From contig NC_081334.1 in NCBI RefSeq assembly GCF_022539665.2, positions 558,001 through 622,000 of the forward strand: a stretch of DNA of 64,000 nucleotides, read 5' to 3'. The notes beneath the pieces were generated by a model. The model worked only from the letters and a program-made list of their open reading frames with translations. It was not told where the DNA came from and made no database searches. A program made the position numbers and the translations under genes. Origin of the DNA: Daphnia carinata. Lineage: Eukaryota. Positions 1-12,133 of this stretch are shown in pieces; within the stretch, counting starts at the first letter, position 1; each line of letters opens with the position of its first letter.

Positions 1-93
1 TAAATGCGTTTAATAGAGTAGTTTTAAGTTACTTGAACGTTAACGTTGCCGAAAGCCAATAAATCGTGTTCGAATGCGACCTGCCTCGGTAGA

Positions 94-131
94 AACTGAC
101 TAACAGGAAAGCAGCTGCGTCTGGTTTTATA
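94..131 (-). promoter_or_regulatory. Candidate core promoter (TATAAAA + Inr TCAGTT) of an off-window gelsolin copy; head-to-head with beta-galactosidase
   Basis: Minus strand TATAAAA at 131-125 and TCAGTT at 99-94. Bases 1-99 are homologous to 10218-10316, the gelsolin 5' UTR, so a gelsolin ATG is expected just left of the window. Confidence 0.5.
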
Positions 132-462
132 GGCAGCAACTTCTGGGAAACCCAAACCCTAGCCGCCGCCCCATTGATCGTCATAGAGAGAATGATGGCC
201 GCACAGATAGGAGTTGGGAGGCCTATGGGAGAAGAAAAGCAAAGTACTGTGAAAGCATCGTTTTAAACAAAGCTTTGCAAAGAAATAAAAAGGAAAAACA
301 AAAAATTACAAAATCACGTTATACTAGGCAATTGCAAATTGCTGATTGTTTGTGCTATTATTGTCTATTTCAACAGCATTTGGCAACTGCGCCCTTGTAT
401 TTATTTACATTCAACCTGCACATGTAAGTGGGCGGCGAACATTACAACATAGGAAAACCAAG

Positions 463-3400
463 ATGATGTGCAGTACTTTTGAACTGCTTTACAAAATGAT
501 TGTAAAGATTGTATTTGTATGCATAATTTGCGGCCTAACACACGCCTCTAATAATGGAAACAGTCTTGTAAGTTTATTTGAAATCCTTATTTTGTTATCG
601 TTAACCGAGACTTCCCCATGTTTTTAGACGGAAAGCCACAGTTTCTCAATTGATTACGCAAATAATCAGTTCGTCAAAGATGGAAAACCCTTTCGATATG
701 TTTCTGGAGCCATGCACTATTTTCGTGTTCCAGTCCATTATTGGCCTGATCGGATGAAAAAAATGAGGGCTGCTGGATTGAATGCATTGGAAACGTATGG
801 CTTAATAGCATTAATGTTTCTAGTTTGTCAACAATATGAACTCTGTTTATTACTATTTGCCTACTTGTTTCCTGTTTAGGTATGTGGAATGGGTGTCACA
901 TGAACCACAACCAGGGTCATATGTGTTTGAGGGGAATTTAGATATTGAATCCTATTTCCGTTTGGCTCAGAATTTCAACCTTAGTGTAATCCTGAGGCCA
1001 GGCCCATTCATTGATGCTGAAAGAGATATGGTAACATGAATTTATGGTTATAAATTTGTAGAATGCTCTTTATTATTTACAGAACACATTATTTGTTTTT
1101 ACCAGGGGGGTTTACCATTCTGGCTCATGACAGTTGATCCTTCCATCAAGTTGCGCACAATGGATAAAAGTAAGAAATTTTTTTTTTTAAAAGTAAAGTA
1201 GCAATAAAGTTTCATCAGATATAGTGAATTGTCAGCCTAGAAAGAAATTCAGGTAACTTTGTACAGTGAAATTTGACTGTAGGTATTGTTACATAATTTA
1301 AGCATACTACCCTCCCCCTTTACTTCTGGTTGCTTCTCTATTCCTTCTTTAATCTATACCAGTTGCTTCAGTTATTGAAAAAAAAAAATAGAAATTGAGT
1401 TTAGAGTATGGCAACAAACCTGCGATCTGTTAGTCTGTTAATGAAAGAAGTGAAGAATCCACGAAATTTTTAACGTAGAGTACCAATATCACCTAAGGTA
1501 GACAGAACCGGCGGTTCTTGTAGAAACATTAATGAAAGCCACATTTATAATACTTTAATTTGATCAGGTTGTAGGCCACTAGCTAACTGTGAACTGGTTT
1601 CTATTGAAAATGGTATGGGACACCAGTTCTATACCATTGCATTAAACGTAATTTCCAGGGATCCTTACGTCATGGTAGGTTGGGCAATTTGAAAAATCTG
1701 CGAATGCATACAGCAAAGATAATAGAACGCTCGATGCAATTAATTAATACTTTGCCAACTAATACTAATAAGTTGTTTCTTGATAGAACACAGCATGAAC
1801 ATTTATTCTTATTTTTAATTAAAAACAGGTTACGTGTCCCGCGTTGAGAAATGGTTTTCTGTGCTACTTCCTAGAATCAAACCTTACCTCTATAACAATG
1901 GAGGTCCAATTATCACTGTTCAAGTAGAAAACGAATATGGTAGGTGCGTGTCTTTTATTTACGTTTCCAGAACTACGTCACATAGTTTTTCAGGTAGCTA
2001 TTCGGCATGCGACAGAGACTACACAAATTGGCTGAGAGATCTAATTCGAAAACATCTCGGCAATAATGTTGTGCTCTTCTCTACTGATGGCGATGGCGAT
2101 GGTTATCTCCAGTGTGGAAAAATACCCGGAGTTTATGCAACTGTAGATTTTGGCGCTGGTATGTTTTGACGTACAGATTAGTTTTTCATTGCCGACGCTA
2201 TTTATTTCTTTATAATTATTCAAAGGTGCAAATGCACAGGAAGCTTTTAAGCCGCAACGTCATTTTGAGCTTGGCGGCCCAAGAGTGAATTCTGAGTTCT
2301 ACCCTGGATGGTTAGATTTGTGGGGAGAACCACATTCGAAGGTTGACAAACAAGATGTGGCTAAAACGCTGGACGATATGCTTGCGCTGAATGCATCAGT
2401 TTCAATGTACATGTTTCACGGAGGAACCTCGTTCGGATTTACCTCAGGTGCGGAAAAAAATTATGTGCTTTCATAAATTTCAGAATCTTTACGTGCCTTT
2501 ACTAAAGGTGCATTACCTTCCAATACCTACACACCTTGCATTACGTCGTACGACTATGATGCGCCATTAAGCGAAGCTGGAGATCCAACTGAAAAATATT
2601 TTAGCATAAGGGATGTAATATCCAAGGTAAATTTGAAAACTATCCATGCGAAAAGTGATTAACACTAACTGTTTCCTGTTCATTACAGTACTTGCCTTTA
2701 CCAGATTTTCCGTCTCCTGTTCCGAATGCTAAGGCAGCCTATGGATTTGTCCATTTGCATTACGTAGCAAATCTGTGGGATGTGTTGTCCACTCCAATCG
2801 CTGGTCCTTTTGTGCGTTCTGTTCATCCGTTGACGTTTGAAGCTTTAGGGCAAGCTAACGGCTACGTCTTATACTGCACAAAGTTGCACGGCCATTTTCC
2901 TGATCCAGCTCTTTTGGAAATGAAGGGCTTAGCCGATCGGGCTTATATCTATATTGACATGGTAAAGACAAAAAGAAATGTTTATTTTCATATTTTTTGT
3001 TAGCTAACGTTCAGGATATAGGAATTTGTCGCATTGTTATCTCGAAGCGGATCACTCTTTTCAATTCCAGTCCAAGCCGCTGACAGCCAGAAACTCTGCA
3101 TTTTGGTAGAAAATCAAGGAAGAATCGCCTACGGTTCCGGTATAAAAGACTTCAAGGTTAGTGTCTTCGTTTTTGTTCCGTGATTAAATGACACATTCTT
3201 ATATAAACATTGGTCATTTTGAAAAAGGGACTAACAAGCCAAGTGACAATTAATGGTCAAGTCCTGGTGGACTGGACTCATCACCCTTTGCCTTTTAACG
3301 AGACGGCCAGATTGGATTGGCTGAACAAGCTTGAAAAAAAAAAGGCTTTCCCAGCCAAAGGAACTTTGTCTTTGTTCAGGGGATCGTTTGCTATCCGACG

Positions 3401-3769
3401 CAATGAATCCGAGATGGCCGATACTTATCTTAGTTTATCAGGATGGCATAAGGTTGGTTGAAATAGGCTTTTAGGTTTAATAAAACTTCTTCTTTAATTC
3501 TTAAAAACCAATAGGGCGTCGTATTCTTGAACGGCGTTAATCTTGGTCGTTACTGGCCGGTGCAAGGCCCACAAGTAACTCTCTATGTTCCAAAATACTT
3601 TCTACGAGCCTGGCCGTCGAAGAATCGTCTGATTATCCTAGAACAGGATTACTCACCTTGTAATGAACATGCACTGGAATGCATAGTCGAATTTGTCGCA
3701 AAACCAGTTCTAGATGGCGACACGCCCGCCAAGAAAAGCTCTATCAAACTTTTTAAGAAGCACGTTTAA
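463..3769 (+). CDS. GLB1: Lysosomal-type beta-galactosidase (GH35, GLB1-like), multi-exon, apparently intact
   Basis: Spliced by eye with GT-AG introns: signal-like N-terminus, [45 protein letters not shown], catalytic QVENEYG and [38 protein letters not shown]; stop TAA at 3767-3769. Start could be ATG 463, 466 or 496. Confidence 0.95.
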
Positions 3770-5407
3770 AAAGAACGCAATTCCTTCGGTCAAAGTCATT
3801 GCTGAAATCAACGTTCCGGTTTGGGCATTTGCGAGTTCAACCAAAAATTTACTTCTGCCCTGGATTAAAGTCAAAAGTTTTTGATGCGTAAAGATAATGT
3901 AAAAATTTAAAAACTAACTTTCTTATCGTAGTGCTGTTCCTGGATTTATCCCATATCGTAAACTTTTAAAGATTTTGTTTAAACGTGAAAAATGCAATGC
4001 ACAGTTGAAAATTTCACTGTTTTCAAACCGGTTTTTGATTTCCGACGAATAATACTGATTGGAGTAGGAGATCCAGGAAATCCGTCAAGTTTGAGCCTTG
4101 GAGAAAAAAAAATGGTAAACAACAGAAAGTGATAAGGACACCCGCTAGGTTATGATTTCCGGTCGTCGTTACCCATGTTCGAGTCCCATTAACCGATACA
4201 ATCATATCCTTGTTACATTATGCATTTTCGTTGTCGCAGCTTCTTTTAAACGGCCAGCAATGGTTTCATCACAATTCATCCCTTTTTCTCTTTTTCATTC
4301 CTTTTTTTTGTAGAAAAATGATAAAAATTGGAAGAATGAAATTGATAGTAATAGAGAATGATAGAGTTTGGTAGAAAATGAGTGTAATAATCACAGGGTT
4401 CTTATTCACGAGATTCTGGTACTAAACGGTCTTATCTCTGCAAAAGGAATCTTTCGAGTTGAATCATTCAATGTGAAATCACAGCCAACATCGCTCTCCC
4501 CCGCAGGGCTCTCTGTATGCGAGTTTTTTTCTTTTCTTTCGCACCTGACTGTTCGTTGCTGCCTTCGAGAATGGATGACTAGATACTGTACAAGAGAAAT
4601 AAAATTAGTAGATAGACATTTTGCCTTCTTTTTGTGTATTTCCGGCCTCCGTTATTCTGATCTCGAAAAACCTTTGAACGCAACAGGGATCACCCAGGCC
4701 GCATGCCTGCTCCCGATTCATTGAAAAAGAAAAACCACATTATCTCATGATTCTACGCTATCCTTAACGTTTCCGCGTATGGCCCGACGGAACTAGAGAA
4801 ATGGATGTGATGAGCCGGAAAAGTGAAAACGTCTAGCAATACCATCTACCAATTATAGAAGCTAAACAGATAGACAGTAGCCAACATGTGTATCTGTCAG
4901 TAAAATGAGGGGGAAAGAATGGACAATGAGCAATAGACTTTTTGGTGTGCATCAATAGATGATCAAGAAAGAAGCTTTCTCCCCGGACCCAATACCCTGT
5001 TCTTCGATGAACGATCGACCAAATTGTAATTAGCAGGCGCCGGTTTTTTTTCGGAAAGAGATGTAAATGAAAACCAGCAAACTTTGGAAATGAAGCAAAA
5101 AATAATATGAACGAAGTTGGATAGAACTTATACCAAAAAGTGAGGCTCAGCTTAGAGAAAACCACAAACTGTTACACCCACCACTATAGGAACCCAAAAG
5201 ATCCACATAGTGTTTGTTGGTGGTGTCATGTAGCTTCCATTGGCACACACATTATTTTAGGGAAATGAAACTAAATTGAAAGTGGTTGCTGTATATGTGA
5301 ACTATAAGATTTACAAAGTGTCATAGATTAACGTGAAGAGAGAGCTGTAAACTGCTGTCGGCAAGGTATTTATTGGCAAAAAGTTTTAGTGGAATTTGCT
5401 TTTCTTG

Positions 5408-8400
5408 TTATTGTACCTTCCACATGTTTCTATTCCAGGTGGGGAAAACATCGGTAAAGCTTTCTGGCTCCTGACTTTGATGAATGATGAATATGAGTGT
5501 TGAGTCAACACTACGCTGAGATGGCTCGGTCTTCAAATATTCCTATACACCAGAAAATGAATTACAGCAAATGGTGGAATAATAGTGACATGTAGAGGTC
5601 TACTTGGGCCAACTTGAAACCAGCTGCCCGCTCTTCATCTGTAGAATGCAGCCCAATCCAAACGTAGATTTCATGACCTGAGTCCAGTACCATCACATCA
5701 TCATCAACCAAATCCTGTTGTGAAATTAAAATTTACATGGATTTATCAAGTGAGTTTTAAAATGAAAGCTAATGTCTCTTTTGATACTTCTTGCTTGAAG
5801 GGTCTGACTTCTTCCACTCTTAGACGTCCGGCTATGTTCAAGATGCAGTGGAAGAGACGGGCCTTCAACACTGGCGGTGGGTCAGGCTGAACAGTGGTGT
5901 ATGGACCTTTACCACCCAATGCATCCCAAAACTCTTGCGACTCTTCGCCTTCATTGACGGGTACCAATTCACGACCAGGGGACACAAGATTAGCAACCTC
6001 TACTCCAAGGCTCTTTTCATCATCAGACGATGCCTGTGAATCAGATGGAAATAAATGCCAAAACTATTGCAGATGTAATGAAACGAGACAAGCGTACAAC
6101 GCCATTCCATAGGTAAGTTTTTGATGGGGTTTCCAGAACAAATACGTCATCCGAATTGAGTGAAGAAGCGGTCTCGGCTACCTGTACAGCGCGCATATCA
6201 TCAGCTCCATAACCCCGAACCTATTTATTAAGAGACGCGGATAGAATAATTCGATATGGGCGATATGACCGGTGAAACTTACGTGGAACAGACGGGTTCC
6301 ATCCACGTCGTAACTGTCGTAATCGTGAACGTTGCGGAATGCACTGGCTTGGCCACCGGTGAAGATGATCATCTTACCTTTAAACATTTTAATGAAATGA
6401 CGGGGCTCGTTGCCTTGAGTGAGGCGAACCTGTACTGCCTTGCCGGCCAGTTCGTTATCTAATCTCATAGCATGAATTGCAGATGCAGCCTTTTCGTCTA
6501 GGCTGCTGTCATTACCCTGAATTCAGTAGAAAATGGGCATTTGACTGTTTTGTTTATTTTGCTGTCCCTTTATAATATTTACCTGCCAGAAGTAGATGAT
6601 GTAGCGAATTTTTGCACCAATATTGGAAGTGTATTTGATAACATAGGAGTCACCTCCAAAGAACATTCCGTGAGCAGAGGGATCAACTGGTACCAGTTCG
6701 AAATTCTCGACGCGATAAATTTCCTTTTGTCCTGAACCATCATCGGGTGAAAATCCTGGAGCTGCTCCGCCCTGTTTAAGTAACAGGCGAAGTTTGTCTC
6801 TATGCAGGGAGCTAACGGTGAACTCTAAAGCAGGAAAACAAATAGGTAATTCTTTTATAAATTTGTAAAATCCTAGAAACTAATTGTCTTACCTGCGATG
6901 CGATCATTTTTAGTGGGTACAGGGACAGGGAATTGGGATGTTGTATTTTCTTCTCTCCAGCTGGCAAAGTATTGCTTAAAGATCGTGGGTTCTCCGCCGT
7001 CCACGACGCGGTTAACCTGAAGTCACTTTGTTTCAAATAAATTCTTTGATTTCTAATTGGCAGATTTTTCACCTTAGTCCAAATTGGATAACCCTTTTCG
7101 GTCAAGAACCTTTGAGCCACGTTCATCGCTTCAAGTTTCTCAGCTTTAGTACACCCTCGGCCGATCCAAACAAAGAGTCCCGATCCTCCAGTATCGAGAA
7201 TAAAGCAATCCTATTAGAGAAGAAAAAATTTTCTCGATAAAACAATTCTTCTTTATCATTTAGGAGTTACAGTGCGAAAATGTGGATGCAATTTTGCGTA
7301 AAGCAGAACTTTACCGAATTTTTGCTTTCATCGTTCTTCCGGAATCAAACACTAAATTGTTGGCGTGTTAATGAAAGCAAAAAGCGTAACCAAAAAAATC
7401 AAACGGTTAATGCGTTTTGTGTGAGAAGCAAATTTCATGTAAAGTGAAAGTGTAAGTAGACAAGGCAAAAAATTATATTCAACAAATAATATGAGAAAAG
7501 TGATTGATAGCTAACCTCTCTTTTCAACATAGATTGCTGCAATGTTTTTTGCTTAATTTCTTCAATCACTAGTTGACCGCTAGCATCGCTCACGCGGAAC
7601 AATATCGCCGACGACTAGAATATTAAACAAGGATTACAAGGGATTTGCCTTGTGTATAAATACTAATTGAATGCCTGCCTGTTGTTGCTGTTCAAATAAG
7701 ATATCATCGTCCTCGTTAGACCCTTCCGGAACATCCATCGGCGAACCACTACCTAACTCTTTGAAAAACGTGGAAATATCACCCGCGCCACTGAATTCAT
7801 CTGCATTAGACAATTATGGTTATTAAAAATTGTGATTTTGAGTCTGTACACAAAGGCAACGGACCGAGAATAACAATCCTGGCTTTGCCAGCATGGTCCT
7901 GGTCACGGACTTGATTGGCAGCTTGAACAGCTTTCAAGCGTTCTATCTTTTTGCTGCCATTGCCCATATACACGTAAACGACCTTTCCAGCGTCCAAAAC
8001 GAAGCAGTCGCCTTTGTTCATGGAGGACACATCAAGGGGAACCTGCAGGAATTTCGATTCATTTCCTGTTTGAATATTCAACTGATACTGTCAGTGCAAA
8101 ATTTACCTGCCGGATGCGAACGTTTCGCTTGCCTTTAACGTGCAAAAGTTTCTTCTCCACTTGATCGGGATCAACGTGCTTAAAACCGCTGGTAACTCCG
8201 CCGTCAAGGTATCGTACACCTTCATCGTGATATTTTAGCGAATTATTACATTTTACAGTACTTTAAAAGGAAAAAGATCAGCAGTCAGTTACCTCCAGGG
8301 AAATTTGCCAGAAACATCGACGATTCATATTCTTGAACTTCGCGATATTGAACAGGAACTCCACCAAGATGGTCGTCTAACTCAACAGCGAAGATTGCCG

Positions 8401-10215
8401 CTGCACCCATTTCATCCTATATTCAATCACATTTTAACGCTTCAGTTGAAACGATCAGACAGTGACAGATCGAGATGATATTGCTAACGCTGAAAGAGGT
8501 TTGTTGTTATAAATGAAACCGATTATCTTTCTATCAAAGGGAACCAGTGGCAGATTCCATGGATTTTCGAAAACAAACCTGAGAAGTGTCTTTCCCGAGC
8601 CAAAAGTGAATGTCACGTTTCAGTTTGTTACCGGACAGGCGGGTCTATAAAAATAATAAACATTAATATTATTTCCCTGCAAACGGTGTGCTTCCAAAAA
8701 TACTCACACTCAGAACAATGTAAGAATCTCCACTGTAGAATTTCCCATACGACTTTTTGTCGTATGGAACTGGTGCGAAATTCTGTAAAGACATGTGGAT
8801 CGAAATAAGAAATTTCAACATATACTTGTCACGTTGATCACCAAATGTATATAACATTGATCTAATAAGTATTTCCATTTCGAAAGGAACGTGACTACGC
8901 TTTTTAGATACGTCGGCCAAGTCGAGCGCTTAAGTATTGCCAACGAATTTGGTAATGTAGAATTGACTTGGGAACAGTTTTGCCTTAGAAGAATCTTTTT
9001 TTGAGCTACTATAAGTTAGTTGGTTAGAATAATAAGAAAAATGCGGTTGGTGCAATACTTCAACTTTTTTAAAATCACCTTTGTGGTTTATGATCGACAT
9101 TTTCCGAGAGGGAAAATGTATACATCGCCTTGGCTGATTTTTTGTGACTTCATCGATGTAATGTGTTTTTTAGCAACGTAATTTCGCTGAAATGCTTCAA
9201 AAGTAGTTTATTTGCTCCAGTTTATCTGGTCGGGTACTTCCAGCATGAGTCAACAACTGTCTGAAAATTATTCAGACGATGCAGAAATATCAATGGCGTT
9301 TATGCTTCACGGCCAAAACTTGCATCATCCTGATACCGTGCTCTAAAACATTCAGTTGGGAATGAAGAAATCGGATGCATCGTGTGGTGATTCTTTACCA
9401 ATTGATGTTCCTTCTCCTGCCAGGGACTACGTGACAAAGAACTTACAGCTACTTACCTGCGACCATGTACAGGAAGAAACCGTTCGTTCGATAGTAGTGT
9501 CATCGGAAAAAAATAACCTCCTGCGAGGTGGGGTTTTGCTTAATGTTAACCAAGTTATCGTTTGGTACTCCCAGTTGCCAGTTTCTAAAACAGCCGTATA
9601 ATCGTTAGTGAATGTAACAGCTTGACGACAACGGCATTGCGTCCTTGTTTCGAAAAACATGCATCAGTTGTGCATGAAGCCCTATTCGCAAAGCGTGCGA
9701 GGGTTAAACAATTCTACCACTGCCTCAAGGTGTGCCAGACTTGCGCTCAATGTACCGTAACCTTTACACCTGTGTGCTCAACAGCCCTTGTTTCCTATGG
9801 AAACAGAATCGCTGCGGATTATTTTTGAATTCATAAAATCAAGTTTGTGCGAATATTATAGGATAAAGTTTGAAAATAATAGCAGTAGCATTCCGATAAT
9901 TTAGCAGGAGAATCGTTTAAATGACAATGAACATTTTTCCATTGGTACATTTTCTCGCAACCGGCACACAAAGATAGGCACGTACATTTTTCAAAAGAAT
10001 TTTGGAAACCTGGATCTGATAATGCAAAGGCGTGATATGCAAGCACCGCAAATTTTACGAATTTCCATGTCAACAATCGATGTCCCTGTTTTGTTATTTG
10101 TTTAATGTAAAAATTTCTTTGAAGTCAAGGATTGTTTTGCTATTCTTACCTCAATCCGCCAAATTTCCAGGCCAGGTTGTTTACCCACATCAGCACCAAA
10201 TGATGATTCCGGCAT
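5408..10215 (-). CDS. Gel: Gelsolin (six domains, 16 coding exons), reading frame apparently intact
   Basis: Exon 1 (10215-10150) reads [22 protein letters not shown], then [121 protein letters not shown] and [16 protein letters not shown]. The last AAG|GTACAA might instead splice to a further short exon. Confidence 0.93.
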
Positions 10216-11392
10216 TTTAAATGCGTTTAATAGAGTAGTTTTAAATTGCTTGAACGTTAACGTTGCCGAAAGCTAATAAATCGTGTTCGAATGGGACCTG
10301 CCTCGATAGAAACTGAAAAGCGTTAAGTGGTAACGACGTACGTAAGCCACGCAGGTGCCAAATTAGGAATGAGCGAATTCAAGTACGGAATGAGATATGA
10401 GCTAAGGTTTCTAACTGAATGCCACCTGCTGAGGATGAAAAGCTAAAAAGCTTATCACCTTCGAGAGGTCAAGATTTTACCACTTCGTCCACATTCCGAA
10501 CAAACTAAGCAAACATATACGATAATATACTAACAGAAAAATCATAAAAATAATGCTGACATTGTTATCTTGTTGCCGTAGCGATGGCTTAGCGATAATT
10601 CCCCGGGTTTGGACTTTTTGATAGTGCGATAAGGCACTGCCCCTTTAAAAATTCCAGCAGTTGGGGAGACATATAGGAAAGAGTTTTAAAATTTGAAATT
10701 GAACCTCTCGTCTTAGAAACAGAACAATATAGTGCTTAAAAATGACGACTGTCAAACCTCCGCAAAAAATTGTTTTATTCCTGGTCGCTTGATAAGATTG
10801 ATAAGAGATATTGCAACGTAAGTATAAAAATGTTCTGTCCCGACCACTGCCAGCAAACAAGGTTTGGTAATTTTTTCATAACATATGTGAATAAATAATG
10901 AATATTGCTTTTCTTATTAACAGCGGAACCTTTAGTTGCAACTATACTCCACCTCCAACTGTTGGTTCCGGAGCAATGAGTCCGGTCATGCATACTTTTA
11001 CGGAGAATTGTTATCCTGACGATGCCAGTAATCAAAGAGTAGTAATTTTTTTAGGTTACCTGTATCATTACTGAAAATTGCTTTTGTTTGTTAACAATGG
11101 ACCCTGCATACACATAACCAATGGTTTACCACCATTACCTCTACAGAACTGTATGAAAAGATAAGACAATTTTGGTAGGTGGTTTAACGCAGTGCATTTT
11201 CAGACTACAGCCAAAGTGTGATACACACAAACAACATTCATACACACACACACACACGTCATTCACAATAAGAATTTTGACTAGCTCATTCATACCAAAG
11301 GTACACACATTTGCACATACACATTCATACAGACATGCACACAATTTTGGGAATGCACGCTTCTACTAATTTAGGGTAATCAAAGGGGAAAT

Positions 11393-11995
11393 TCATATCC
11401 TTAAACGTTTCCCACCAGGAAGAGTACCTGGAACATCTTCTTCCCGTTTGCGCTTGGTCTTCAAATCATTTGGCCTTTCTTCGGATGGTAACTGGCGCAT
11501 CAAGTCTTTGGAATTTCTATCCTTGGATCGTTTCTCGACAGGGAGAGTTGCCGGGCCATCCTCTGTCCTCTTACGCTTAGCCGCTAGTTTGGCCGGTACC
11601 ACCGGACGGTCGACAGGTACCTGTGAAAGAAAAGGAGCTTTAGTCTTAAGCAAATTTTTGTCGTTACTTAGGTTTTGCGCAGCCTTGGCCTCAGCCAATA
11701 GTCTTTGGTGAGTCCGCTTCCGCTTAGACTCCAACTCGTTTTTCTCTTCCAGTGATTGTATTCTTGACACACGAACGGGTGGCTTAGGAACTATTTCTCC
11801 GCGTCTTTCCGCCACAGTTTGAAAATGTGGTCTATGGTTGTACAGCTTACACCTAGCCAACAAACTATCAAGCAATTTCCCAGGTGGTAACTGGAGCTTA
11901 GGATCAGGTTCTGGTTTCGGCAGCACAGGTATCCATATCCCTTGCAGCCGATTTAAATCAACCGACACTGCAAGACACGGTCGAAAGGTTGCCAT
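11393..11995 (-). CDS. Intronless 200-aa basic orphan protein with two bipartite NLS-like C-terminal repeats, copy 1
   Basis: Clean ATG-to-stop ORF with context AAGAAAATGG. Contains KRKRTEDGPATLPVEKRSK and KRKREEDVPGTLPGGKRLRI. No upstream AUG in the leader between the ribozyme P10 strand and this start. Confidence 0.65.
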   Translation of the reverse strand: MATFRPCLAVSVDLNRLQGIWIPVLPKPEPDPKLQLPPGKLLDSLLARCKLYNHRPHFQTVAERRGEIVPKPPVRVSRIQSLEEKNELESKRKRTHQRLLAEAKAAQNLSNDKNLLKTKAPFLSQVPVDRPVVPAKLAAKRKRTEDGPATLPVEKRSKDRNSKDLMRQLPSEERPNDLKTKRKREEDVPGTLPGGKRLRI

Positions 11996-12133
11996 TTTCT
12001 TGGTAGCTTGTGAATAGGTAATTTAGAATGTGAGTTTGAGTATGGGAAGTAGGAGAGGTCTGCCTAGCTATTGGTTAAATAGTTCAGCAATTAAACTTTG
12101 CTACTTTTCAAATTCAGATAGACGATTGTAGGT

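Noticed and set aside
9120..9830. Short ORFs within gelsolin intron 1
   Set aside because: Frames differ between duplicates and no recognisable motif is present.
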